Counted from the first letter of the stretch, positions 45,364-60,391 are shown. The stretch is DNA of 64,000 nt from Eledone cirrhosa (GCA_964016885.1 OZ024747.1:4836001-4900000); one strand, 5' to 3'. The notes: generated from the letters alone by a model not told the origin. Translations and numbers: made by a program.

Positions 45364-45825
45364 CCTGGTGGTAGTAGTAGTAGTGGTGGTAGTAGTGGTG
45401 GTGGTGGTGGTAGTATTAGTAGTAGTAGTAGAAGTAGTAGTAGAAGTAGTAGTAGTAGTAGAAGTAGTGGTGGTAGTAGTGGTGGTGGTAGTGGTAGTAG
45501 TGGTGGTAGTGCTGGTGGTAGTAGTAGTAGTGGTGGTAGTAGTGGTGGTGGTGGTAGTGGTAGTATTAGTAGTAGTAGTAGAAGTAGTAGTAGAAGTAGT
45601 AGTAGTAGTGGTGGTGGTGGTAGTATTAGTATTAGTAGTAGTAGTAGAAGTAGTAGTAGAAGGAGTAGTGGTAGTAGAAGTAGTAGTAGTAGTAGAAGTA
45701 GTAGTAGAAGTAGTAGTAGTAGTAGAAGTAGTAGTAGTAGAAGTAGTAGTAGTAGAAGTAGTAGTAGTAGTAGTAGTAGAAGTAGTGGTGGTAGTAGTGG
45801 TGGTGGTAGTGGTAGTAGTTGTTGA
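43585..45825. repeat. (TG/TATG)n block followed by (GTA/GTG)n block
   Basis: Direct reading. Confidence 0.95.
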
Positions 45826-47186
45826 TGTTGGAGTTCTTATTCTTGTAATTGTTGTTATTGTTGTTGTTGATTTAACCCTAGTTATTGTCATTACTGCTGT
45901 TGTTTTACTGCAACGAATTTGGCTTTCATATTGATTCCCTACACTGGCACAGGGCCATAAATATCTGTGTGTATGTGTGCGTACTTGTATGTGTGTGGAT
46001 GTGTGTATGCGTGGGCGTATGCGCATTTGGTGGGGCGCGTTTTGTTGACCGACTTCTATTGAATCGACCCCAAGACCCGATACATGCCTCCCAACTACCA
46101 AACCAGCCAACCAGCAAGCATGTTTGCCGTTTGATTATATCGATCATCACAGATACAAAAATTGAAAAAAGAACAAAAAAGAAATAGACGCACTCATCTG
46201 TGTAGGAGTCTGCTTAGAACCTGTATTGGGTCACCACTGAATGGTGAACAGAAATTCGTTCATTTTGCTGACCAACATTATATGGCGAGTCATTTGATAA
46301 AATTCCTAGTGGAGTATTGTTAAATTACCTCCCCCCCCCTACACACACACACACAGACACTCACATAACCTCCACACACTCACACATACTCACACACACT
46401 CACACTATTCACTCCCACACTCACACACTCCCACACTTCCACAATTCCACACAGTCCCACATACACACACACGCTCACACACAATCCCACAACTCACACA
46501 CACTCACACTATTCACTCCCACACTCCCACACTCCCACAATCCCACACAGTCCCACATACACACACACACACGCTCACACACAATCCCACAACTCACACA
46601 CACTCCCACATACCCACACACACTCACACTATTCACTCCCACCCTCCCACACTCCCACAATCCCACACAGTCCCACATACACACACACGCTCACACACAA
46701 TCCCACAACTCACACACACTCCCACATACTCACACACACACTCACACTCAGCCCCTCACTCTCTCACACACTCTCACATACTAACACACACTCCCACATA
46801 CTCACACACTCCCACACACTTACACACACTCACACACGCTCATACATACTCACACACACTCCCTCACTCCCACATGCTCCCACACACACCCACACTCCCA
46901 CACACACACACTCGATTCCCGCTGCCTCACAAAACACAGTTCCGTAGAAATCTGTATAAATATTTATTATTTAATTAACTACGGCGCCGGTAATTGCGCA
47001 TTATGCAAATTTGGTCGGTCATTCACTTAATAATTTGTCTGTTTTAGCACAATCACCTGGCTCTTAGATACCCTTAACGGAGCCCGCTCTTTTGCAAACA
47101 TTCAGTCGAGATCATTGGTGTGAGGTTCCATTCACCCTTTTTCTCACCAGTGTAGAATTATTGTCTGTTCAGTTGTATTTATTGCC

Positions 47187-47450
47187 AGAGACGGATTTAA
47201 TGGGGGCGCAAAGGTGGCAATATCCCGGCCGCTGCTGTGTAGGGTCCCACTAGCGATGGCTCTAGCAATATATTTCTGCCCTCAGCTGGTTAGAATTTTT
47301 GAATTCAATACCTGTATGTATAAATTTTCAATTTCAATACTTGCACCAAGTTAACTTTGATATGTAAAAATGAGGGAGGGGGGCATTCTGATTTTATGTG
47401 TATGAGGGCTCCCACCCTCCCGGGCCCCACAAGGGTTAAATCTGACCCTG
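47187..47450 (+). mobile_element. hAT-like MITE
   Basis: Termini CAGAGACGGATTTAA ... TTAAATCTGACCCTG form an imperfect TIR; paralogous to 23330-23622. Confidence 0.65.
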
Positions 47451-47924
47451 GTTGAGGTGCCGGTTCTAATGTTTTACTGGGTCATATCAACCTTGGCACG
47501 CAAACAAGCGATGCTATTTGTTTATGTCCTGCTTCTATATTTTACACACACATGCCATTTATCAAGGTAAAACTATATTAGAAACCACCTGCACAAAATA
47601 CCAGGCAGTTAAACCACGTGATTGCGAGGGGAGTTTCTCGACCTCACAGCTATGCCTGCAAACATGCACAGCCAAGCCTGTACATATGCACAATCATGCG
47701 AACGCCACAAAACAGCCACCCCTGCACCTATGTAGTTCATAAATATGTATTATTCAATTATCTATTTAATAAAACCGGCATTTGTTTGTATCATTCGTTG
47801 TCTCTTATTCATCTGCAAGTTGATGACATAACATTCGTCAGAAGAAGCAATAAATACAACTATAGCGACAATAACTCCATAATCTTCTTCTCTTCATCTG
47901 TTGAGGAGAATAGGATTGGTAAAT

Positions 47925-48115
47925 GTGATGGATTGGTAGTATCGTTAGAGCGTCTGACAGCATGCTTCATAACATATAGTTGCAGTCCTTTACGGTCTGA
48001 CTTCAAATCCCGCCGAGGTTAGCTTTGCTTTCATCTTTACGAGGTCGATAAAATAAAGTACCAGTAATACACTGGAGTCGATTTAATTGACTTTCTCCTC
48101 CTTAAAAAAATTGGT
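47925..48115 (+). mobile_element. SINE family A, long variant
   Basis: Head, B box and core as in 3286-3507. Confidence 0.8.
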
Positions 48116-49721
48116 CGCTTGACGCAAATTACAGATAATAGGTTCAATGACGTTTGACCAAGAAATACAAGATATAATAAACAATCTAACCATTTCTTTC
48201 TGGTTAGATCAGGAATATAAGGGCAGTATCTAGAATCATTTTGAGTGCTTTTGAGTCTGGAGGAAGAGAGGAAGAAAAGTACCCTAAAACAAATACCTGG
48301 CTAGAAGGCAGTGATATTAAATTAGGTGGGAAATAAATTTCTACTATCCTAAGTAAGCGACAGCAGGATTGGAACTCAGAACATATGATAAAAAGCTGGA
48401 ACAAATACTGAAAGGTAACTCGTCCGACGCTCTGTCAATTCCACAAATCCTTGGAAGCAAATTTATTTATTGGCCTCGAAAGAATGAAAAACAATGTTGT
48501 CTTCAGAACAAATACTCTGAGATATTTTTTCTTCCACGCTCTAAAGATTCTTCCAATTTACTACCTTGTGTTATGTTATAGACGGTGTAGATATTGAAGA
48601 TATCCCACGGTTGCTTTTTTTTTCAGCAGAGAAAAGGTTAAGTCGATAAATTGGCGATATATCGATCTTGTATGGACTGGAACATGAAAGTGGATTGAAA
48701 AGCCTTTGCAATATATTCGATTGTTAAGACGTATGACTGATATTCTTTCGGGTTCTTGATTATTTAAGGGATGAGTTACCAAACTGAAGCCTTTTTCCGG
48801 TTAATTGAACAGTGAACATTTCGAGATACGAATACCCTTGATATTCTCAGGGACTTTAGCAGTGTAGAGTGAGGACGTGATAAATATAAAAGGCTCCAAT
48901 ATTTCTCTGAATCCACTCATCTAACAATACCTCTCGACAAAAATCTTATGGAATTAGGAGCTGTTGATAGAGTAGGGGACAGATAATCCTGTGATATTCA
49001 GTTAGATCCCTTGACATTCTGAATTCAGACCCGTCGGTGTGATTTGGCCCTTCATCCTTTGTAGATACATAAAATAAGTATCAGTGAAGGTGCTGAGATC
49101 AATGTAATCATATAGTGATTGGAACCAATAAAAGTATTAAAAGAGTGAAAGTTATATGAATAAAGTGAGTCACTAGGATAACCACGAAGAATACAAATCA
49201 TTAAATAGATATTACTTCGTACATACGAAGTTAAGAGACGTAATAAGAGGTGTTAATTGGATACCCTTGTGAAAGTCATTACTGGGTCTAATGAGAATCA
49301 AGTGGCCCCAACCAAACAAGAATGTTATCATTTTTATGAACTTAGGAATATTTCCTAGAGACGTCCTTCATGAATAACACATAGTTAAGTCCTTACCAAC
49401 ATATTTAGTGTCTTCCTTTCCCTCTAATGGAGGGGAAGATGTTCTTTACGTTCTTAATTATGTTTTGTTTTGTTTTACTTTCCCGCTCTGAAGTCCTGAG
49501 GGTCGGTTTTATAAAGTATATGTTGTAAATAGATAGTTCCCGACGGCGCGAGCTCAACCGTCTGGCTCTAACTATAGACAATACATACACTCTACTTTTC
49601 AAAGGATTAAGTACTTAGTTGAACATGTGAACATGGTCTCACTAGTCTAAACTAGTAACTGCCAATATCACTCTCTTTCGTTCTTTCTGTCCCTCTTATA
49701 TATATATATATATAAAGGAAC

Positions 49722-49930
49722 GATCGACTTTCGTCAAATCGGACCGAGGGAACAATGTTTCCGTTGGTCTTTCCAATTGCTAATACTATCTATCTATCGG
49801 TCGCAACTCCAGGTAGAAGGAGCAACGTGAAATAAAGTGTCTTGCTCAAGGACATAACGCATCGCCTGGTCCAGGAATCGAACTCACAACCTTACGATTG
49901 CGAATCCAATTCTCTAACCACTCAGGCAAA
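49722..49930 (-). mobile_element. SINE family B
   Basis: Reverse complement of 21748-21962. Confidence 0.8.
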
Positions 49931-49932
49931 CA

Positions 49933-49966
<34 letters not shown>

Positions 49967-50204
49967 TGTTTGCCTGCGTGTCTAGCCTAAATGCCAGAGT
50001 ATTATGTAACAAGTTCACACATAGACCTTAAAACATAAATCATAAGAGAATATTGCCTGTACTACTTTTCAAACACTACAGCCACGACCATCACTAATAC
50101 CAGCACACTTACTACCAACAATAATAACCACTACCATTATAATTAATACTATCAGAACCAGAATTATTTTAGCTGATAAAACCAATCCTACCATTAATAT
50201 TCAT

Positions 50205-51890
50205 GTCACCAACACACTATTACTACCAACACAGCCACTAATATAAGCTACAACAGTACCAACACAACTATTACCACCAACACAGCCACTAATATAAGCT
50301 ACAACAGTACCAACACTACCATTGCTACCAACACACCATTGCTACCAACACCACCATTGCTACCAACACTACTATTGCTACCAACACTACTATTGCTACC
50401 AACACACTATTGCTACCAACACTACCATTGCTACCAACACTACTATTGCTACCAACACTACTATTGCTACCAACACTACTATTGCTACCAACACAACTAT
50501 TGCTACCAACACTACTATTGCTACCAACACTACTATTGCTACCAACACAACCACTAATATGAGTTACAATAATACCAACACTACTATTGCTACCAACACA
50601 CAATTGCTACCAACACAACTATTGCTACCAACACTACTATTGCTAGCAACACACCATTGCTACCAACACCACCATTGCTACCAACACACAATTGCTACCA
50701 ACACAACTATTGCTACCAACACTACTATTGCCACCAACACAACTATTGCTACCAACACTACTATTGCCACCAACACTACTATTGCTACCAAAACAACTAT
50801 TGCTACCAACACTACTATTGCTACCAACACTACTATTGCTACCAACACTTCCATTGCTACCAACACCACCATTGCTACCAACACACAATTGCTACCAACA
50901 CAACTATTGCTACCAACACTACTATTGCCACCAACACAACTATTGCTACCAACACTACTATTGCCACCAACACTACTATTGCTACCAAAACAACTATTGC
51001 TACCAACACTACTATTGCTACCAACACTACTATTGCCACCAACACAACTATTGCTACCAACACTACTATTGCCGCCAACACTACTATTGCTGCCAACACT
51101 ACTATTGCTACCAACACAACTATTGCTACCAACACTACTATTGCTACCAACACTACTATTGCTACCAACACTACTATTGCTACCAACACTACTATTGCTA
51201 CCAACACAACCATTGCTGCCAACACTACTATTGCTACCAACACTACTATTGCTACCAGCACTACTATTGCTACCAACACAACCACTAATATGAGTTACAA
51301 TAATACCAACACAACTATTTCTACCAACACAACCATTGCTACCAACACTACTATTGCTACCAACACACCATTGCTACCAACACTACTATTGCTACCAACA
51401 CACCATTGCTACCAACACACCATTGCTACCAACACACCATTGCTACCAACACAACTATTGCTACCAACACACCATTGCTACCAACACTACTATTGCTACC
51501 AACACACCATTGCTACCAACACAACTATTGCTACCAACACTACTATTGCTACCAACACACCATTGCTACCAACACAACATTGCTACCAACACACCATTGC
51601 TACCAACACACCATTGCTACCAACACAACTATTGCTACCAACACAACTATTGCTACCAGCACTACTATTGCTACCAACACACCATTGCTACCAACACTAC
51701 TATTGCTACCAACACACCATTGCTACCAACACAACATTGCTACCAATACACCATTGCTACCAACACACCATTGCTACCAACACAACTATTGCTACCAACA
51801 CAACTATTGCTACCAGCACTACTATTGCTACCAACACACCATTGCTACCAACACTACTATTGCTACCAACACAACTATTGCTACCAAAAC
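50205..51890. repeat. 18/16-bp minisatellite ACCAACAC(TA)CTATTGCT
   Basis: Direct reading; gives TNTTIA/LLLPT/CYQHYY ORFs with frequent frame switches. Confidence 0.95.
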
Positions 51891-52445
51891 GAACGCCACT
51901 AACATCAAGACCATTATACGGCATATATTTCTACAGAACTCTACCACCAGCACCACCGTCTTCATCAACATCGTCATCACCATCATCACCACCAGCACCA
52001 TCACCTTCACGATCACCATCACGATGATCACCACCATCATCAGCATCATCACCTTCAACACCATTTCATTGTATGGTTGTGCGTGTGTGTGAAACAGATT
52101 GCATGTACACGCATACATATATATGCATATATATATATTCATATATATATACATATATATACAACCATACAATCACGACCACAATCACATACACACGCAT
52201 ATACATACATTATATATATAGACAATCTGTTTCCCACACACAGCCATACAATCACCACCACAACACACACACACATACGATACATGTTCGTTGGTTTGTT
52301 TGTTTTTCATTACTGACCTTTAAATCATTCCTCATTCAAAATTTACCATTAAAATATTTATCTACTGAAGGAAAATTCTGGTAAACTTTCAAAATAGTCT
52401 AAGACATTTGATTATTTTATACATACATACATATATATATATATG

Positions 52446-52486
<41 letters not shown>

Positions 52487-52529
52487 AAATATAAGTATTA
52501 ATAAAATAGATGTTTTTTTGATCAATTAC

Positions 52530-52582
52530 ATTTTATTATACATATTTCGGATGTACAACAGTACGTCCTCATCAGACAAAAT
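52530..52582 (-). ncRNA. Minimal type I hammerhead ribozyme, canonical core
   Basis: Minus strand: ATTTTGT-CTGATGA-GGACGTAC-TGTT-GTACATCC-GAAA-TATGTA-TA-ATAAAAT; 7-bp stem I, 7/8-bp stem II, near-palindromic stem III; lies in a ~170-bp insert between (TA)n tracts. Confidence 0.8.
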
Positions 52583-52663
52583 ATAATGATACATGACATA
52601 CCCTGAGATGTTAAATGGTTAAGATTTAATTCTTTGACATAATCATTGAATATTGTTTAACAC

Positions 52664-52711
<48 letters not shown>

Positions 52712-52811
52712 CAGGGTGTCCAATAAAATGTATACACACTTGAACAGCTTTCTAGTAAATATTGCCTGTACAGGTAATCCAAGAGTGTATATATTTTGGG
52801 GGAACACCCTG
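52712..52811. mobile_element. Tc1/mariner-type MITE, 100 bp
   Basis: TIRs CAGGGTGTCCAATAAAATGTATACAC / GTGTATATATTTTGGGGAACACCCTG in a TA context. Confidence 0.8.
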
Positions 52812-53199
52812 TATATGTATATGCGTGTGCGTCTGTCTGTTTATAGGTGACCAAAAGGTGAGATTTTCTAGTGTTTTTGCAGTCCTCAAGAAATATCGCC
52901 ATAAACTGAAATGAACTTAACGAAGAAATTTCATAGGCTGAATATGAGAGTGATGCTAGAGCCGTGAAATCTTACATGTATTAATTTCAACTCTCTTTAT
53001 TAATAACTACATTGTTTCTTTCCAGGGACTATGTTGATAAAATAGACCTCGTTTCGTCATTCCATGAGAGTATCTTGGTCAGCCTATAAACCTTTCAGCT
53101 GACCTTCGTATTCTAAGAAATAGAAGTTGAGGCTGAATTGTCATCCCGGTGTTGCCAAGAGCAACATTGATACTCATTAAAATAGAAACAATTATTATA

Positions 53200-53961
53200 A
53201 TTGGCACTATTGGTAAAGGGTCGGACGCTATGCTTTACAACATAGAGTTACTGCCCTTTACGATCTGAGTTCAAATCCCACCGAGGTTAACTTTGTCTTT
53301 CATCCTTACGGGGTCGATAAAATAAAGTACCAGTAATGCACTGGGATAATTGCTGGCCTTGTGCCAAATGTAGAAACAATCATTATTATTAAGTAAATAG
53401 GCAGTATCGGTAAAGCGTCGGACAGGTTTTGTGGCATATAGTTTCGCCCCCTTACATTCTGAGTTCAAACCCCACCGAGGTTAGCTTTGCCTTATATCAT
53501 TACGATAAAATAAACCCGACTTTCCCTTCCCTCTAAATTGTTGGCCTTGTGCCTAAATCAAAAACTCTTATTACTCGCTGGATTCGGAGAATATTTCAAG
53601 AGTATAACTAAATATTTGGCGGCGTTGTTTCTGGCTCTTTAAAGTTGTTAGTTTAAATGGAACCGATGATGCCTTTGCATTTTAACAGACCTGTCAACTG
53701 TCCCCGTCGGACGGGGAGATCTCCTACCCTCTTGTAAGAGATGTGTTCTCTTGTGAAAATGGGTATAGCTTTCGGTGGATTGGCAGTATCGGTAGAGGGT
53801 CGGACGCCATGCTTTGCAGCACAGAGTTACGTCCCTTTACGGTCTGAGTTCAAATCCCGCCGAGGTTAACTTTGCCTTTCATCCTTACGGGGTCGATAAT
53901 ATAAAGTACCAGTAATACACTGGAATAATTGCTGGCCTTGGGCCAAAAATAGAAACAATTA
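53200..53961 (+). mobile_element. Three co-oriented family A SINEs (53200-53385, 53398-53572, 53774-53961)
   Basis: Each has GAGTTCAAA(T/C)CCC.CCGAGGTTA.CTTTG. Confidence 0.85.
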
Positions 53962-55118
53962 TGTAAAATCTCCCCATTTTGCCTATTTTCTCCCTTTTTT
54001 TTTCATGGTACTCCCCTTTGGGGTTTTTAGAGGTGAGCAGGTCTGATTTTAATCCTCTGGTATCAATCGATTAAATATTGTGCCATTAAAGTACTGGACC
54101 GATTTAAAATCAATGATAGGTGTTTAGAAAACGATTATCATGCAGAGAAAAGGAGAACCAAATCCCAGTCCACGCCAATATATGCAGCATATCATAAAAC
54201 ACATTCTAAGGCACTGCATACATGTTGCGCAGTTTACTATCAATACATTAGAATATTGAAAACTAAAACACTGCTCACCCACCAGTGAACTCTGTTCGAT
54301 AGAGTAAAGAAAGCACGTGATAGAAATATTACTACTAAAACACATTAATAATGATTTTTAACGAAGCCATCTGGACTTACTTGTAGAATGTTTCAAAGAC
54401 CTCTTCATAAGACAGTAGTTTTTGATTTGGGAGACATCTAGCTACTGTTTCTAGCATTTAGTTCATTATAAGAGACGTTTATAATTGTGCTAATTTATAT
54501 AACCTTTCCCCATTGTTTATTGTATCATTCTCGTGTGTGTTTAACGTGTATGTTTCTAGTGTTTGTGTGTTTGTTTTTCTGTTAAAATCCGTGGCTTGGC
54601 TTTTTTTCTTCGTCTTTTTCTTTGCAAGAAAAGCGGCCAAATATGTCAATATTAATTTGGAGACAAAATCAATCGAATTTTAATAAACTTTTGAATCAGT
54701 AACTCTATAAAGCAAAATACTTGTTGCCATTATCTGTCCGGTGAGATGGCAAATTTCTATAGTTTCATGGTTGTTCGTTTTCTAATTTCTGTGTAGAAGG
54801 CAGATACGTACAAACAAATGACATTTATATAGACCGTTTATCAAGTAAATAAAACAAAATTCTATATTGCAAGATCTAAAATGTGTGTGTAAGATCTAAA
54901 ATGGAAATTACGACTGTCTGTTTACTATATTTACCCTCGAACACTAAGAAACTAGAGTTTTTTCTTCATTTTCCAAAGCTTCGTGAACATTTGTATAACT
55001 TATTATTTAGTTTATATATTAAAATTCGAGGATATTTTTAAATATCGTGAATACTTTAAAAAAATCATATTTCGAAAATTTAGAAAATATCTTGTTTGTA
55101 TATCACGCCATGATATTT

Positions 55119-55169
<51 letters not shown>

Positions 55170-55650
55170 ATAATAATAATATTATATATATATATATATA
55201 TGTGTATCGCCGCTGATCCGTCGTCCGTCTTCCAAGTTAGTTTTACGTGTAGACAGCGTGTGTGTGTGTCTATTTGTGTAATAGACATGCCGCCCATCCG
55301 TCGTCCGTATTCCAATATACACAATCATATATATATATATACTGAGTGTGTGTATAAGTATTTACACGAATACGTTGTAACGTACATGCGCATATACAAT
55401 CACAGAAACATCCATAGAAACAGACATAATGTTTCTGCCCCAGGGTGATAATTCTGGACAGATCCAGATGAAACTTCATATCACGTGACCAGAGATGTCT
55501 AGTCGTTTTTCACCGTTTATGGAAATATAATGACTGTTGCTTTCACAGGGGATACGATGACAAACAGACAGACACATACATATATACATACATATATATA
55601 CATGCATACATACATACATACATTCATACATACATACATACATACATACA

Positions 55651-55681
<31 letters not shown>

Positions 55682-55683
<2 letters not shown>

Positions 55684-56220
55684 CATGGCTGCCCCCTCGT
55701 TATCGAGTATGGTCATTGCAAGATATACCATTATTAATAATTATCAATTAATTCTATCGTGCAATGCCTGTGAGTGAAGATATTTTTTTACAGTGAAGAA
55801 AGACTGTGCACTGAGCCAATCCCACTCTCTGAGAGACAGTAACTATAACACGAAAAGAAGAAAGGATCAACATCATCGGTAACTACTGAGCCACAGGTTT
55901 ATAATCGGAGTTATCCCAGTTTCCTGAGTTGTCTTTTCCTAGAAGAATGCCCTGACAAAGGCTAGGGGTCCTTCACTCCCAGTGGTTTAACCGCGCGGTA
56001 CATGTGTATATACATATTTACACACTTTCGGATGGCTGTTGACTCTTATGAGTTCTTCCGCCCTTTGTCAGGTTTTGTTTTTTGTCGTGCAGGGTGTCCA
56101 AAATCTCCCTCCTCACCAAGTAAACTTGGTGGGGTTGCCGGTTTAGTCGCAGACGACCCGACCCTGCGACAGGTTGTACTGGGTTACATGTTACCAGTAG
56201 CACTCAAGAGTGACCCGACA
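55682..56220 (-). mobile_element. RTE-derived SINE, older subfamily, with the longest HDV-like ribozyme remnant
   Basis: Homologous to 60392-60977; (TATG)n tail at 55575-55680; 5' end TGTCGGGTCACTCTTGAGTGCTACTGGTAACATG. Confidence 0.7.
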
Positions 56221-56611
56221 TAATATATATATATATATATATACATATATACATATATACATTCGCATAGACACTCACAAACACACACATATACACATAC
56301 ATATAGACACATACATACATGCATACATATATACATACATACATACATACATGCATAGACACATACATATATATATATATATGCATGTGTCTATGTGTGT
56401 CTATATTTGTGTGTCTCTGTGTGTGTTTGCGTGTGCGTGTGGCTGTGTGTGCCTGTGTGTGGCTGTTTGCGTCTGTGTGTCTCACTGTGTGCATGTATGT
56501 GTGTTTCTGTGTATGTATATATGTGTATGTGTGTCGGTGTTTGTGCATTTGTGTCTGTGCTTGTGCCTGTATATATGCGTGTCTGTATCTGTGTGTCGGT
56601 GTCTGTGTATA

Positions 56612-56655
<44 letters not shown>

Positions 56656-57194
56656 TGTGCTTGCGTCTGTATATGTGTGTCTATATATATATGTGTATGT
56701 ATATATGTGTGTCTGTGTATGTGTGTGTGTGTGTGTGTCTGTGTGCGTGTCTGTGTGCGTGTGTGTGTGTGCGTGCGTGTGTGTGCGTGTGTGTGTGGGT
56801 GTATGTGTGTGTGTGCTTGCGTCTGTATATGTGTGTCTATATATATATGTGTATGTATATATGTGTGTCTGTGTATGTGTGTGTGTGTGTCTGTGTGCGT
56901 GTGTGTGTATGCGTGTGTGTGTGTGCGTGTGTGTGTGCGTGTGTGTGCGTGTGTGTGTGGGTGTGTGTGTGTGTGCTTGCGTCTGTATATGTGTGTCTAT
57001 ATATATATGTGTATGTATATATGTGTGTCTGTATATGTGTGTCTATATATATATGTGTATGTATATATGTGTGTCTGTATATGTGTGTCTATATATATAT
57101 ATGTGTATGTATATATGTGTGTATCTAGCCATCAATGGGCTGCAGGTAACTTACCTCTGTATTTGCCACTTACTTATTGACGCTGCTGCTGCTG

Positions 57195-57601
57195 TTACTA
57201 CTACTACTACTACTACCACCACCACCACCACTACCACTACTACTACTACTAGCACCACCACCATTACCACTACTACCACCTCCACCACCGCCACCGCCAC
57301 CACCACCACTACTACTACTACCACCTCCACCACCGCCACCGCCACCACCACCACTACTACTACTACTACCACCACCACCACCACTACCACTACTACTACT
57401 ACTAGCACCACCACCATTACCACTACTACCACCTCCACCACCGCCACCGCCACCACCACCACTACCACTACTACCACCTCCACCACCGCCACCGCCACCA
57501 CCACCACTACTACTACTACCACCACCACCACCACTACCACTACTACTACTACCACCACCACCATTACCACTACTACCACCTCCACCACCGCCACCACCAC
57601 C

Positions 57602-57649
<48 letters not shown>

Positions 57650-57652
57650 GCC

Positions 57653-57736
<84 letters not shown>

Positions 57737-57739
57737 GCC

Positions 57740-57828
<89 letters not shown>

Positions 57829-57856
57829 TACTACTACTACCACCACCACCACCACC

Positions 57857-57906
<50 letters not shown>

Positions 57907-57936
57907 TACTACTACCACCACCACCACCACCACACC

Positions 57937-58029
<93 letters not shown>

Positions 58030-58045
58030 GCTACTACTACTACTA
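57195..58045. repeat. (CTA/CCA)n microsatellite with higher-order duplication
   Basis: Direct reading. Confidence 0.95.
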
Positions 58046-58179
58046 AGTGTAGACAGGCTGTTGGCTGTTGTTTTCTAATGCCATCCAGAAAGTGCAAGGG
58101 GAGATAATAGTGTTTGGCTCCAATCAGTTGAAGCTGGAGTCACAGAACACAGACGAACACTCGGACACACAATCACTGC

Positions 58180-59948
58180 ATACATACACATATTAACACT
58201 GCATACACACACATATTAACACTACATACACACACATATTAACACTACATACACACACATATTAGCACTGCATACACACACATATTAACACTACATACAC
58301 ACACATATTAACACTACATACACACACATATTAACACTGCATACACACACATATTGACACTGCATACACACACATATTAACACTACATACACACACATAT
58401 TAACACTACATACACACACATATTAACACTACATACACACACATATTAACACTGCATACACACACATATTAACACTGCATACACACACATATTAACACTA
58501 CATACACACACATATTAGCACTGCATACACACACATATTAACACTGCATACACACACATATTAACACTACATACACACACATATTAACACTACATACACA
58601 CACATATTGACACTGCATACACACACATATTAACACTGCATACACACACATATTAACACTGCATACACACACATATTAACACTGCATACACACACATATT
58701 AACACTACATACACACACATATTAACACTACACACACACATATTAACACTACATACACACACATATTAACACTGCATACACACACATATTAGCACTGCAT
58801 ACACACACATATTAACACTACACACACACATATTAACACTACACACACACATATTAACACTGCATACACATATTAACACTACATACACACACATATTAAC
58901 ACTACATACACACACATATTAGCACTGCATACACACACATATTAACACTACATACACACACACATTAACACTACATACACACACATATTAACACTACATA
59001 CACACATTAACACTACATACACACACATATTAACACTACATACACATATTAACACTACATACACACACATATTAACACTACATACACACACATATTAACA
59101 CTACATACACACATATTAACACTACATACACACACATATTAACACTACATACACACACACATTAACACTACATACACACACATATTAACACTACATACAC
59201 ACATTAACACTACATACACACACATATTAACACTACATACACATATTAACACTACATACACACACATATTAACACTACATACACACACATATTAACACTA
59301 CATACACACACATATTAACACTACATACACACACACATTAACACTACATACACACACATATTAACACTACATACACACATTAACACTACATACACACACA
59401 TATTAACACTACATACACATATTAACACTACATACACACACATATTAACACTACATACACACACATATTAACACTACATACACACACATATTAACACTAC
59501 ATACACACACATATTAACACTGCATACACACACATATTAACACTACATACACACACATATTAACACTGCATACACACACATATTAACACTACATACACAC
59601 ACATATTAACACTACATACACACACATATTAACACTGCATACACACACATATTAACACTGCATACACACACATATTAACACTACATACACATATTAACAC
59701 TACATACACATATTAACACTACATATACACACATATTAACACTGCATACACACACATATTAACACTACATACACACACATATTAACACTACATACACACA
59801 CATATTAACACTACATACACACACATATTAACACTACATACACACACATATTAACACTACATACACACACATATTAACACTACATACACACATATTAACA
59901 CTACATACACACACATATTAACACTGCATACACACACATATTAACACT
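58180..59948. repeat. ~23-bp minisatellite ATTAACACT(A/G)CAT(AC)nAT
   Basis: Direct reading, about 75-80 copies. Confidence 0.95.
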
Positions 59949-60063
59949 AAGGATTGGAGAGAATTTGTACAACAACAACAACAACAACAACAACAAGAAC
60001 AACAACAACAACAACAACAACAACAAGAACGACAACAACAACAACAACAACAACAACAAGAAG

Positions 60064-60095
<32 letters not shown>

Positions 60096-60187
60096 GTATG
60101 TTGTGTGAAGTCATTCAAGTCATTACAGGCGTGGATCTATGTATTTTGACATTTGTTGGTGTATATACACAGACTCCCCCCCTCCCA

Positions 60188-60267
<80 letters not shown>

Positions 60268-60391
60268 TGTATGTATGTATGTGTGTATTGTGTATGTATG
60301 TGTGTATATGTGTATAAATGTATGTATGTATGTATGTGTGTATGTGTGTATGTATGTATGTATGTGTGTATGTATGTATATATATATGTAT

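Noticed and set aside
44476-46110. Mucin/extensin-like poly-T/poly-P ORF (also 56210-58078 and 28125-28820)
   Set aside because: Pure trinucleotide microsatellite with arbitrary frame switches.
50322-52092. TNTTIA mucin- or antifreeze-like repeat protein
   Set aside because: 18-bp units are mixed with 16-bp units that shift the frame repeatedly; no signal peptide or splice support.
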